64,000 nt of DNA, taken from the NCBI RefSeq assembly GCF_009914755.1, contig NC_060930.1; one strand, 5' to 3'. Numbering within the stretch: the first letter of the stretch is position 1; each line of letters opens with the position of its first letter. Both the position numbers and the translations under genes were made by a program. Of this stretch, positions 15,301-29,518 are shown piece after piece. The DNA is from the human T2T-CHM13v2.0 reference genome, Homo sapiens. The notes below the pieces were generated by a model. That model was not told where the DNA came from, did no database searches, and saw only the letters and a list, made by a program, of their open reading frames with translations.

Positions 15301-17041
15301 GGACACCAAAAAAATGGAAAAATATTCCACGTTCATGGATTGGAAAAAATCAACATTGTTAAAATGTTCACACTATCCAAAGCAATGTACAGATTCAATG
15401 CAATCCCTATCAAAATATGAATGACATTCTTCACAGAGATAGAAGAAACAATCCTAAAATTTATATGGAACCATGAAAGACCCAGAATAGCAAAATCTAT
15501 CCTAAGCAAAAAGAGCAAAACTAGAGGAAACGCATTTCCTGACTTCAAATGATACTACAGAGTAATCAAAACAGCACAGTTTTGAATAGACACACAGACC
15601 AATGGAACAGAATAGAGAAACCAGAAACAAATCCACACATCTACCGTTAATTCATTTTTTACAAAAGTGCCAAAAATATGTTAGGGAAAGGACAGTCTCT
15701 TCAATAAATGGCGCTGGGAAAACTGGATATCCATAGGCAGAATAATGAAACTAGATCCCGTATCTCTCACCACATACAAAAATCAAATCAAAGATTAAAG
15801 ACTTCAATCTTAGACCTCAAACTATGAAACTACTACAAGAAAACATTGGGAAAACCTTCCAGAACATTGGTCTGAGCAAAAATTTCTCAAGCAATACCCC
15901 ACAAGCATAGGCAACCAAAGCAAAAATGAACACATTGGATCACATCAAGTTAAAAAGCTTCTGCACAGTAAATGATACAATCAACAAAGTGAAGTGACAA
16001 CCCACAGAATGGGAGAAAATATTTGCAAACTATCAATCTGACAAGTGATTAATAACCAGAATATGTAAGGAACCCACCTCTATCAGCAAAAAATCTAATC
16101 CGATTAAAAAATGGGCAAAAGATTTCTCAAAACAAGACATGCAAATGGCTAACAGGCATATGAAAAGGTGCTCAACATCACTGATCATCAGAGAACACCA
16201 ATCAATACTACAATGAGATATCATCTCACCCCAGTTAAGATGGCTTATTTCCAAAAGACAGGCAATAACAAATGCTGCAGAGGATGGGGAGAAAAGGGAA
16301 CCCTCGTACAGTTAGTAGGAATGTAAATTAGTACAACCACTATGAAGAGCAGTTTGGAGGTTCCTCAAAAATCTAAAAATAGAACTACAATATTATCCAG
16401 CAATCCTACTACTAGGTATATACCCAAAATAAAGGAAAATCTGTTTGTCAAAGAGATATCTGCCATATTTGTTGCAGCACTGTCCATAGTAGCCAAGATT
16501 TGGAAGCAACCACAAATGAATGGATTTTTAAAATGTAGTACTTATACACAATGGAGTACTATTCAGCCATTAAAAAGAATTAGATCCTGTCATTTACAAC
16601 AACATGGATGGAACTAGAGGTCATTATGTTAAGTGAAATAAGCCAGGCACAGAAAGACAAACATAACATGTTCTCACTTATTTATGGGATCTAAAAATTA
16701 AAACAATTGAATTCACGAAGATAGAAGAGTAGGATGGTTACCAGAAGCTGGGAAGGGCAGTGGGGTGGGTGGGTGATGGTTAATAGGTATAAAAAAATAG
16801 AAAGAATAAGACATAGTATTTGACAGCACAACAGAGTGACTATAGTCAATAATTGTACATTTTAAACTAAAAGAGTATAATTGGATTGTTTGTAACACAA
16901 AGAATAAATGCTTGAGGAATGGATGGATAGCTCATTTTCTATGATGTGATTATTATGCATAGCATGCCTGTATCAAAACATCTCATGTACCTCATAAACA
17001 TATACACTTACTATGCACCCACAAAAATTAAAAATTAAAAA
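9341..17041 (+). mobile_element. Full-length ancient LINE-1 (L1MA1/L1MA2-like), ORF1 and ORF2 disrupted
   Basis: 5' start gcaagatggtggaatagaaggctcc. ORF1 remnant 11666-12088 (GLKEEVEKETGAENLFKRIITENFPNL). ORF2 start atggcaagagtaagtcc at 12729, with EN/RT remnants (HQNLWDTTKAVLRGKFIA; [22 protein letters not shown]). L1MA 3' end tatgcacccacaaaaattaaaaattaaaa. Degenerate TSD aagaaatttgcaat / aagatacctgcaat. Confidence 0.93.
14373..14680 (+). mobile_element. AluS inserted in L1 ORF2
   Basis: Complete Alu with an expanded middle A-tract interrupting L1 sequence. Confidence 0.92.
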
Positions 17042-17897
17042 GATACCTGCAATACTTAATTAATCATTTTATTGTCAACAAGAAAAGTATACTTACTGTC
17101 AAGGAGGTAGGAAAGTTAAGTCCTAATTGAATCTACATCAAAAGAAAAAGAAAAAAAGAAACTTTCTATTTAAATCTGTTGAAAGCTTCGATTATTCAAC
17201 TGACCTGAGAAAATGAAACTTGGGTACACTATTCCTGGGTACATTTGCATCTTTCCTCAGAAAGCCCGCATAGGAGCTTTCATTGCACTAACTTCCAACC
17301 CTCTGCTGTCTTCCCAGCCACTATGGATCAAGCTGCATATTAATGAGTAGGAGCAGCCAGAATACAGGAAACTCGGCCAAGAATACTAGGACAGACAAGA
17401 AAAGAGCTCACTATTTTCAAGAAAACATCTTTTAAGAGTTCTGGGCTCCCAGAAGTCAGGCCAAACCAGAGAGAAACTGCCTTTGGATGGGGATAAATAA
17501 GTTTGAGCTTTGTGCCCAAAGGGGATGGTAAAATACTTTTCTTCTTTTTTTGTACCATCTGTTTTAATAAAGGTAAATCTGGGTTACAGCAGCTTCATAC
17601 TTACATCAGAATTACTTGATTTGTTTGGAGATACAACAAAATCCATAGTATTAGGAATCAAGAACTTGAAGGAATGTATTATTTTTTTAAGAGCCATCTG
17701 GAAGCACTGTCAAATTACTTCTTTTCTCTATCTACTCCTGGGAGCAATTATAGATATTCCCTGAAAATATCTTAAAGATAAAACACATTATCTAAAAACT
17801 TGAGAATTTGGTATAAAGTATATTTCATTTGCCACAAAATAAATAATTCCCCTATAACAACTTTTATTCATTGATTTTTTTTTTTAAGTTGATGTAT

Positions 17898-18337
17898 GGC
17901 TGGGCGCAATGGCTCACGCCTGTAATCCCAGCACTTTGGGCGGCCGAGGTAGGTGGATCACGAGGTCAGGAGATCGAGACCATCCTGGCTAGCACGGTGA
18001 AACCCCGTCTTCTACTAAAAATACAAGAAAAAAAATAGCTGGGCATGGTGGTGGGCGCCTGTAGCCCAGCTACTCAGGAGGCTGAGGCAGGAGAATGGCA
18101 TGAACCTGGGAGGCAGAGCTTGCAGTAAGCCGAGATCGGGCCACTGCACTCCAGCCTGGGCAACAGAGTGAGACTCCGTCTCAAAAAAAAAAAAAAATTA
18201 GCTGGGCGTGGTGGCACGCACTTGTAGTCCCAGCTACTTGAGAGGCTGAAGCTGAAGAATCACTTGAACCTGGGAGGCAGAGGTTGCAGTGAGCCAAGGT
18301 CGCACCTCTAGCCAGGGGACAGAGTGAGACTCAGTCT

Positions 18338-18368
<31 letters not shown>
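17898..18368 (+). mobile_element. Three-monomer Alu composite (AluY dimer plus an extra AluS-type right arm)
   Basis: AluY 17898-18197 directly followed by a second right arm 18198-18368; single TSD aagttgatgtat at 17886-17897 and 18367-18378. Confidence 0.88.
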
Positions 18369-18371
<3 letters not shown>

Positions 18372-18931
18372 GATGTATATGTATATAAATAACCTTCTCA
18401 TTCTTACAAACCATTTTTCAAATTTTAGCTTTTTTTTTTTTTTTACAAAATGCAGCTTTTCTCCACAATGCTGTATTTTATCATAAATACCTGATAAAGT
18501 TCTATCAGTATTTCAAAATTCTCATCATCGTATTGCACAGACTATAATCTCATGGAGAGCTGCAAACAAGCCTATCTTGGAACTTTTTGTGTTACATGCG
18601 AATTGGTAAAGCGCTGCACATTTCTGCAGCATGTCCCCCTTCTGAATAATCTATAGGTCAATATTGTCTAGAAAAAGTATGGATTAGTTTTTCTCCATCT
18701 TATAGCATCTTGGTGCCCATCTAGTCTGCACCCTCTATTATACAGTTAGGGAAATCCCAAGGCAAAACTTCCCTTACATTACAAAGTGGTATAGCTAGAA
18801 AGTGAAAGGAACCTAACTATTCTGAGTTTTAGGCTAGGGCAAACAAACTTATTCTGTAATTTCTTAGTACTTCTCAGCATTTTCACAGCACCTATCAAAA
18901 TCCCTAGCATGTAGTAGACATTTAAAAAATA

Positions 18932-19352
18932 CAAATGACCCCTGAACAACACAAGTTTGAAGTACATGGGCCCACATACATGCAGATTTTCTTCGGCCTC
19001 TGCCACCCAAGACAGCAAGACCAATCCCTCCTCCTCCTCATCCTCCTCAGAATATGATAAAGATGAAAAGCTTTATGATGATCCACTTCCACTAATGAAT
19101 AGTAAATATATTTTCTCTTCTTTATGATTTTCCTAATAACATTTTCCTTTATCTAGCTTTCCTTACTGTAAGAATACAGTATATATGTAACATGCAAATC
19201 CGTGTCAATTGACTATGTAATTGGTAAGGCTTCTGGTCAACAGAAGGTCATTAGTAGCTAAGTTTTCAGAAAGTCAAAGTTATACAAAGATTTTCAAATG
19301 TACAAGGTTGGTTCCCCTAACCCCCCACCCCCAGTTGTTCAAGGGTCAACTG
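18932..19352. mobile_element. Tigger2a/MER28-type TcMar-Tigger DNA transposon
   Basis: Terminal inverted repeats caaatgacccctgaacaac ... gttgttcaagggtcaactg, TA on both sides, ~420 bp. Confidence 0.85.
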
Positions 19353-19620
19353 TATTTACTGGTTGATAAAACTGAAGCCACCTTCAATCTTGAATCCATT
19401 CAAGCACATGGGCTGATCCATTACCAGACTGAATTCTCTCAACATACACAAATTGTCAGCTTTGCTGACATCAGTGGGCAATGGTTTTCTAACTGAAAAA
19501 TAATGTTTCCAAAATATTGTAGACTTGGTCAAAAGCAGAATTTAAAAGCTAATGGGAAACAAAACAGTCCTCCCACCCCAAAGCCAATCTCAGCTGATGA
19601 AGATTCTTGCCCCCCTTAGT

Positions 19621-20239
<619 letters not shown>

Positions 20240-20747
20240 TCACTACCTTCCCAGGAATACTGCACCCAACCTTTCTTCCTCCCTTAAATGATCAAGTGTC
20301 CCTCATTCTTTGCTGAATTCCTCTGGCCTGTGAAGACATGAAGCCCCTTTCTACTCCTGCCTGAAAAGATATTCCCTCACTCTCAGTCCCCACCTCCTGT
20401 CTCCTATATTTTCTTCGATTTCTATAAATATTTCAATGCTTCCCTCACATAAAAAGTTTTCTGAAGTAACAAATTTCCATGTTCTCTAACATATCATTTC
20501 AGACTATAAAAAGAAAAAATTTAAGGTATCATGTTACATTTATTACAAATGAATTCTTTTTAAAAATTCAGGTGACATCTCATTAAACTTTCTCTTATAA
20601 CCCATATTATGTTCCCAAATTCATGCAAAAAAAATCAATTTTTAAAAATAAGAGTTTAGAGAATCAAATCACTTAAATTTTTGAGTTGTCAATACTTGGC
20701 CAGACTCTGTTATAGAATACCTAATTCTACAAGAATTTGTATTTCTC

Positions 20748-20777
20748 TACCCACAAAAATTAAAAATTAAAATTTTT
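20748..20777 (+). mobile_element. Ultra-short L1MA 3'-tail insertion
   Basis: tacccacaaaaattaaaaattaaaa matches the L1 terminus at 17017-17040; flanked by aattt(g/a)tatttctc at 20734-20747 and 20778-20791. Confidence 0.6.
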
Positions 20778-20802
20778 AATTTATATTTCTCCTCAAGTGT
20801 TA

Positions 20803-21108
20803 GATTAAAATGAGCACTTCAGGCTGTATACATTCTCTAATTAATTTGCAATTTTATACACACATGCAAAAAAATACCAAAACCTGGATGAGTCAGGAAA
20901 AGACTTTGAAGAGAACATAGAACTTGAATACAGCCTTATAAAATGTTGACTTAAGGCAGAGAAGATGAAGAACCATCTAAGAGGAAAGAATGACATGGGC
21001 AAAAAAGCTTCAAGGAATGCATGTGAAATGTACAGTGTTGGTTGATGTGTGTCTCCACTAAATGGTTTAGAAATCATGGAAAGTCAAACTGAATAAAGAA
21101 AAAAATAT
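20803..21108 (+). repeat. Copy B (probable donor) of the ~300-bp duplication
   Basis: Match to 19757-20056; continues uninterrupted into old L2-like sequence. Confidence 0.93.
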
Positions 21109-21774
21109 GATTATTCCAGATTGTCGTGAACCATGAAGTTTAGGCAAAGGAGTTCAGACTTGGCTTTTTTGTTTGTTTCAGTTTTTTTTAAGCCAATGTA
21201 AATTTTAAGAAAATAAGAGTGGAAGGATGTTTTAGAGAATCAGGTCTGTCAACAATGTAAAGACTAGAACAGCAGTGAAGAGGGCGAGCAGCAGAGGGAG
21301 GTGGTAATTAGTAGGGAGAGCCAAAAGAAGGTTCAGACAGTGATGTAGGCACATGCAGATAAGGGCGGTGGGTCGCTGGGGGGAGAAAATCATACAAAGG
21401 AAGCTTGAGAGTTCAAAGAAAGACACCATAATTAAAGGGTAACCATTCCCAAAGTATTTCACTCTAAGATTCCTTTAAATATTGGATCTGCTTCATAAAC
21501 GTCCTCATCAAACACAAGTGGTTATTTTCAAAAGGCTGGTGTTTTAAGCTTACCTATCCCTACCATGAGCTTAAAACAGCAGGTAGAAGACATCTTAAAG
21601 ATGTTTTAAAGAAAACAGATCAAGCCAATACGATAGATAGTGAGATGATATTTTTTAGCAGCAGCTACCATTTACTGAGGGCTTACTATGTGTCAAACAC
21701 TGTGCTAGGCCTTCTGCCAACATCATCTTTCCTCCTCACAATTCTGTAGGTATCGTTAGTTCCTTTTCTAAGAC

Positions 21775-22030
21775 TTTATTTTTTTTAGAGCAGTTTTAGG
21801 TTCACAGTAAAATTGAGGGAGATACAGATCCCAACCTCCCTACTTCCACACCTGCACAGCCTCCTCCTTTATCCACATCCTCCATGGGGTGGTGCATTTG
21901 TTACAACTGATGAACCAACATTGACCCGTCATTATCACCCAGAGTCCATAGTTCACATTAGGGTTCACTCTTGGTGTTGACATTTTATGTGTCTGGACAA
22001 ATACATAATAATGTGTATCCACTATTAAAC
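21775..22030 (-). mobile_element. L1MB/MC-type 3' fragment
   Basis: tttagagcagttttaggttcacag...gttacaactgatgaacc...cattagggttcactcttggtgttg. Confidence 0.75.
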
Positions 22031-22220
22031 TCAGTCTAACAAAAATGATCAACCTGAAGAAGGGTACACCTTTAAAACTAGCAGAGCCAATATTTATCCC
22101 ATACTATATGTGTTGCATAAGATGGAAACATACCTGAATTAGCACTTAGAACCTCTGACAAATAGTATGCTTTTAATAAATATATCTCAGTCATCAAAAT
22201 TAGGATATAATTAGGTACTA

Positions 22221-22560
<340 letters not shown>

Positions 22561-22763
22561 GCTAAGCAGCTCAAGTGCCTCTATCTTGGGATTCAGAAAA
22601 GTGTTTCGGTTATTTGAGAATTGTATCTTTTTATTACAAACAAAACTTACTTCTCAAATTTATACAATTAGTCATTTAAAAAGGAAATCATTGAACAAGA
22701 CTGCAAAACAATTCTCAAAAACACTTATTTTCAAATTATAATATTCAATAAGAAGCAATTTCT

Positions 22764-23059
22764 GGCCAGGTGCGGTGGCTCACACCTGTAATCCCAGCAC
22801 TTTGGGAGGCTGAGGAAGGTCGGTCACGAGGTCAGGAGTTCGAGACCAGTCTGACCAACATGGTGAAACCTGGTGTCTACTAAAAATACAAAAATTAGCC
22901 AAGCGTGGTGGTGCATATGCCTATAATCCCAACTACTCAGGAGGCTGAGGCAGGAGAATCACTTGAACTCGAGAGGCAGAGGTTGCAGCGAGCCGAGACT
23001 GTGCCACTGCACTCTAGCCTGGGCAACAGAGCGAGATTCCATCTCAACAACAAAAAAAA
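22764..23059 (+). mobile_element. AluSg-like
   Basis: Alu body; TSD aagcaatttct. Confidence 0.9.
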
Positions 23060-23799
23060 GCAATTTCTTCTGAAGTATCACATAGTTGAAAAAGTCATCT
23101 GTATTGAAAAGTTTAAAAACATAAAACATACAAATAAAACCACCTTTTCAAAAAAGAGACACAGGCATTGCTGTGTTATTAATACTGTTATTACCTGAAA
23201 ATCTGGTTTTTACTTAAAAGGAGCAGGGACTGAGAGATAAGGAAATAGGGTGATAAGAAACAAAATGAAGGAGACAAACGATAAATTATTATTTCTTAAT
23301 AAAAGTTTCAACTTAGTTTATGTGTTTTTACACGGGTACATATTTTAAATGTATCTACTAACTTAAAATGTTTGTTCTAGAGTCAATTAATATTGGTAGA
23401 ATACTTACTATCTATAGGCACAGATTTAAGGAATTTTACATACTTCAACTCCTTTATCCTACAGCTGATTTATATGGTCTCTGACCTTGAATACAGAGTC
23501 AATAATTTTGAAACCTAAACATCTAAAAGGCCTCTGGGGCCTGACCAGGAATTCTGGAACAAGAGTCATCTGTCACTGAGGCACAGCATGATGTGTGTAA
23601 ACCTTTAAAACCATAAAAGACAAAATAAGTGTTTCCAGGTCACATCTTACTATGTGGTTCTGTTCTAATGATGTTTCTGTTTAGTGTTATTGTATGATTT
23701 GATGACAGGATAATAGAGTTATATATGATAATCATTTTCAATAAGGTCCATAAACACCAGCATGATCTGACAGCAATGTGGACCACACTGAAACGTCAA

Positions 23800-24495
<696 letters not shown>

Positions 24496-24728
24496 TGTAT
24501 GATATAATCAGCAAAAAGATAAACCTAGAGCCAACATTTCTTTATACTCTTTCAGGTGGGAGAAAAACTTAAATACAAGCAGTTACCATAGAATCTTAGT
24601 ACAAGTTCTCAAGAACCTACAATTTCCTCTTGTCATCTAATTATAGGAATACAATAGCCTTTCCAATGCATCTTTCTTACTCAAGCATCTTCCAACTCAG
24701 TAATTCCAGAAACATCTTAACATTCTCA

Positions 24729-24774
24729 ACATACCACACAAATCCCTTGTTACATACCACATAAATCCCTTGTT
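24729..24774 (+). repeat. 23-bp tandem duplication
   Basis: acataccaca(c/t)aaatcccttgtt x2. Confidence 0.9.
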
Positions 24775-24919
24775 ATAGGTTTTCAATACGGAATTACAAG
24801 AAAATTAAATACACCAATATTTTTAACCCCTAACTCCAAAGAACCTGTTGTAAGGATTAGAAATAATATATTGAAAAGACTCAGCATATACAGGTAATTG
24901 AATTAAAAATTCTTATCAA

Positions 24920-25056
24920 CCAGCCACTTGGGAGGCTGAGGTGGGAGGATCATATGAGCCTGGGAGGCAGAGGTTGCATAAGCCCCTGCAGATTGCACCA
25001 CAGCACTCCTGCCTGAGCGGCAGAGCAAGACACTGTCTCGAGGAAAAAAAAAAAAA
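24920..25056 (+). mobile_element. 5'-truncated AluJ right arm
   Basis: TSD aaaaattcttatcaa flanks a partial Alu. Confidence 0.82.
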
Positions 25057-26145
25057 TTCTTATCAATACTTCATGGAAATGTGGTAGAATAAATCAGTGA
25101 CTATCCATGGAGGAAAAAGTAGGAATACACAACTCCCTCAATATAATCTGCCAATCTGGAATTGTTGAAGTTCTACCTAAATCAGCAACTCCTGAGGGTA
25201 AGGGGTGAGGGGTAAACTGATTAAAAAGCTAAATTCATTAATTCAAGAAAAAATTGAGTGTGTACTTACAAATGTGAGGGTCTGTCCTCCATTCTGGGTT
25301 TACAGTCATGAGCAAATGAAACGTGACTCTGCTCTCCTGCAGCTTACAACCTGGTAAGAAAACATTTCTCTACTTTTACACAATCACACAGTCCCAAGGA
25401 GGAAACACTGGTGTATTCAAATAAGAACTGTTTGAGCCCATTAAGAATTTTAATTAAAATGGCACACACTACTGCCTGAAATAAATGAATTATGAGACAT
25501 GAGTACTTTAATGTGAATGTTGTTCTTCATGTGTCAAAATTGTGATTCCCAGTTTTACAAACATCCGTGATGGAGAGTAAAATCTTGGTCATCATTTGCA
25601 TCCACTAGGACACAACATCCAACTCTCAGCTTCTCCTTTCTGTACTAATCTCCCAAAAACAGTGAATCACCAAAGGACCAGCATTGGTTACCAAAATGAA
25701 TATATTTTGTTCTGTAGTTTCCTGTCCTGGGGGCGAAAATACAAAACAAAACAAAAAAATGGAGCAACGTACAGCACAAAATATTCAACTGGAGGCATCA
25801 TGCCAAGAAAGCAACAGAAAGTTTTATACTTAAGCCAAGACTCCTGGGTTCCGTTCAAAATTTTAAATCGTGACAATTATCTTGATGTTTCTTGATGAAT
25901 CAGATCTGTCTACAAAACAAAAGCTTGCTCGGGAGTTTTGTGTACTTTGAGGAATAATTATTTCCTAAGCTTATTCACTTTTTTAAGAAAGCAGCTTACA
26001 GACAGATTTAGAAGCCGGTGTGCTTGAGTGAAAACATTTGTAATCAGTCAACCTACAGAGGCATTTTGCTTGAAATGTCAATTGAAAACAATTTTGTGAG
26101 GAAAAAGAACTTAAAAAATTGATCCCATCAAAAAATATTTCTCAC

Positions 26146-26440
26146 TTTTTTTTTTTTTTTTTTGAGATGGAGACTCGCTCTGTGCCCAGGCTGGAGTGCA
26201 GTGGCATAATCTCGCCTCACTGCAACCTCCACCTCAGGGTTCAAGTGATTCTCCTGCCTCCGCCTCCCGAGTAGCTGGGATTACAGATGCGCGCCATGCC
26301 CGGCTAATTTTAGTATTTTCACTAGAGACAGGGTTTCACCATGTTGGCAAGGCTGGTCTCAAACTCCTGACCTCAAGTGATCCACCTGCCTCGGCCTCCC
26401 AAAATGCTGGGATTACAAGGCGTGAGCCACTGCACCGGTG
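26146..26440 (-). mobile_element. AluS (Sx/Sz)
   Basis: Full reverse Alu. Confidence 0.9.
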
Positions 26441-26769
26441 TCTAATTTTCTTACACACATTTCTCTTTCAACTTTGCAGTTTAAATTGTTGCCAAATTTT
26501 TCAAAGTCACCACTACTTTTAATGAGTTATGGTATGGAAGCTTGCATTTAATTATAACAGCGCTGCGTGACATTCAAATCTCTTCAATTTCATTGTTTCC
26601 TTCCCTCTTGGTGTAACTATATTAGTAAATAGCACATAATACACTGATGAACCTATTTTTATAGCTGATTAGCAAAATATATATTTTACTTTTCCAGACC
26701 GTACACACACACACAGTTGCTAAGCAGTTATTAAAATGCATCTATCAATAAACATCAATGTAGGAGTGT

Positions 26770-27290
26770 TTTCACTTATCTACTGCTGCATAACTAACCA
26801 CTCTAAAACTTAATGGCTTAAAAAAATGAAAACAGCTATAGACAATCATAAATGAATGATCATGGCTATGTTTTAATAAAACTTTACGGACACTGAAAAA
26901 AAAAAAAAAACAATGGATTGTTTTGCTCAAGATTCTGCAATCTAGGCAAGGCTTAGCTGAACAGTTCTTCTGCTCACCTCCCCAGCCATCATATAAGGCT
27001 GCATTTAGCTGACCGAGACCAGGTAGGATACTTGGATGGCCAAGCCTCCGTCTCTCCCAGCATGTAGTCCTAGGGCCTCTCTCCATTCATGTGACCTCCC
27101 ACTAAAATAACTGGACTTCTTAGATATAATTGCTGGGACTTCTCAAAGCTTAGGCCTGGAACTTGCACAGTATCGATTCTGCTGATTTTATCAGTTAAAG
27201 TCTCAGACTTATGCCACACACAGAAAGAAGGGCCTACCCAATGGTGTAAATACTGAAAGCAGTCGTTTTCTTGGAGCCCTCACTGTAACA
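26770..27290. mobile_element. Old MLT1 (MaLR) LTR remnant
   Basis: tgctgcataactaaccactctaaaacttaatggcttaaaa ... gcaaggcttagctgaacagttcttctgct ... cttaggcctggaacttgcacag. Confidence 0.6.
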
Positions 27291-27993
27291 GATCATAAGA
27301 GCAATTTATATTCCATCTTCAGAACTTATACTGTATTCCTGGGGGCTAAGAGCATAGAAGAGGCAAGAATTTTTTTTTTTAACTTCTGGGAAAATATTTG
27401 AAAGCAAGGCAATAGATGAGTAGTAGATTGGGGGTGAGGAATGAATATAGTCAACTATAAAATAGCATATCTGAACAGCATTAGTATAAAAATGTAGTCC
27501 TTCATATACCTTTTTAATGTAACTTGTTTATTGGTAAAATTAAGAAGGAGGTGTATATAGAGGCTTAGTTATTATGCAACACATAATCTTCAAGAAGCTG
27601 AACAAGGGAAATGATACACCAGGTTTATTACAGGAAAGTGTATACGCTACACTTCATCCACCATTAGGGTGAGTGTCAGGCTAACCAGCAGAATCAGTGG
27701 AAAGACAAGAACAAGCAATCTTTTAACCTTTCATCCAGAACCTCTCACAGTCCACTAGCCTGGGAGGGTGTCAGCTCTATACACTTCATCTAGTCAGTCG
27801 TCTCTCACTAGGAAAGGCAGAGAATACTCTCATTCCGTATACCCTTTGTATTTAATAGCTTTACTTCCTCAAGTCAATGAAGCCATTCTGAAACTTGATA
27901 CTCTATGGATCTTCCTTAAATTGGACCTATATATAATATATATCCTTATTTCCTTCTATAAAGCCATCCAAAAAAAAAAACCAGGGAATTCTA

Positions 27994-29518
27994 TTTTTTT
28001 TTTCTTTTTTCCACCATCAATACATTTATTTGCAGGAGATGGGGTCAAATCTTACTATGAACTGGACAGGACTAGAGACGCTGATCTGCCCAACCTCTGG
28101 GTATTCACAACTGCACAGGTAACCAGATCCTATATGTGAGGCATCGCCATTAAACAGATGAGCATTAGATGAGGAGGACACATTCTGAGTAGTCACATGA
28201 TTTCCCATTCAGAGGAAGGTGCTGCCCTCATATAAAAAGAGTAGTGTTGAGAAAAACGCAGGCAGAGCCTAGCATTTGCCTACCAGCATAGGCCTAGACA
28301 TGATGGTGGCCGTGTGCCAGGGGATCACGCCCTATTTACGAAGAAGGAGAATGATGCTCCCAGCTGACCTACAGGATGGGCTCTGGGCTGACTGGAGGGG
28401 TAGATAGGGTGGGTTCTGACCCCATTATCCTTTCCCCATCCAACCTGGGCCCCCACGAGCCATTCTCCAGCCCTCTGCACAAGACAGACTCAACAAATCC
28501 AGGAGGTATGGGGATTCTGCCAACTCCCCATTTCTCCCAACCTTTCCCAGGTCTGGCAGGTGACCCAATCCACTGGGTGCAGCCTCACCTCCACCCAACT
28601 CCACATCTGGATAGACACATGGCAAATATGGAAACTGAAGCCCGGCTGGGCGGGAGCACATCTGGTTGTTGTTGGGTTGGAGTCATCTTGCAGGTATCCC
28701 GAGATGGTCAGGCCTCACTCATGGTGGCCAGGTTAAGACTGTGTTTTTTAGATGATTCAGGTTACTCCAGGGTGAAAGATGATCCTGATGACACCCAGTG
28801 GAAAAGCAGGCTGGAGCCTTGGAAGAGCTGGCCCTACATACTCAGGTACTTCCAGCAGTGAATCCAGGATTTGAACACCGGGGAGTAACGGGGGAGCCCA
28901 GCCTGCAGCCCACAGTTGTTCACAGCCATGAGGTCGCCGACTAGCAGGAAGGGGTAGGTCAGCATGCTCACTGCAATCCCTGTCAAGCATTTGGTGTGGC
29001 TCCGGATGGCCAGGGCCTGGTGGAGGCTGTCATCCACCAGGTAGGCACTGATGAAGTAGGCCAGTAGGTTACAGCCTCACAAGAAAACCACATCACCCAG
29101 GAGGTGAGGGATTAATCCAACAAATTCCAGCAGCCCTTCCTCTTTGAAAAGCTTCCCAATGGAGCTCAGCACGCCACTATCCTTGGCTTCCCATCCCACA
29201 AACTGGACCATCCAGCACATTGAGATGACATGCAGGGGGTGGGTCAACATGCGGGACACGCACTGCATCATTATCCCATAGGAGGTCTCCTTCACAACTT
29301 TCTTCAGGGAAGTCTTCATATCACCCTTGTTGGAAACCTGCTAGATCTCATCTACAGGGAAAGCCTTCTTCATGCTACCCAGGTCACAGTGAAGAGGGCG
29401 TTGGACATCAGCTGGGGCCTCGGGCCTTGGAACAGCCCTATCTTACCATCCACTTGCACAATGTATTTGGCATAGGTGAAGAAGCTTGGCAGATAGAGGA
29501 CCTTCCTCCCCAGCACAT
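27994..29518 (-). pseudogene. MTCH1: Processed pseudogene of MTCH1 (mitochondrial carrier homolog 1 / PSAP), 5'-truncated
   Basis: Minus-strand translation follows MTCH1: [29 protein letters not shown]..., [14 protein letters not shown]...[13 protein letters not shown], ...[46 protein letters not shown]..., stop TAA at 28762-28764. Intronless, with 3'UTR, AATAAA (tttatt 28025-28030) and poly(A) (27994-28010). Premature stops at 29341-29343, 29077-29079 and 28834-28836, plus a frameshift near 29378. The symbol given is the parent gene. Confidence 0.96.

Noticed and set aside
28376-28861. 161-aa plus-strand ORF
   Set aside because: Antisense reading of the MTCH1 pseudogene CDS end and 3'UTR.
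29077-29319. MTCH1-like ORF as a functional gene
   Set aside because: Multiple stops, a frameshift, 5' truncation and a poly(A) tail mark it as a pseudogene.
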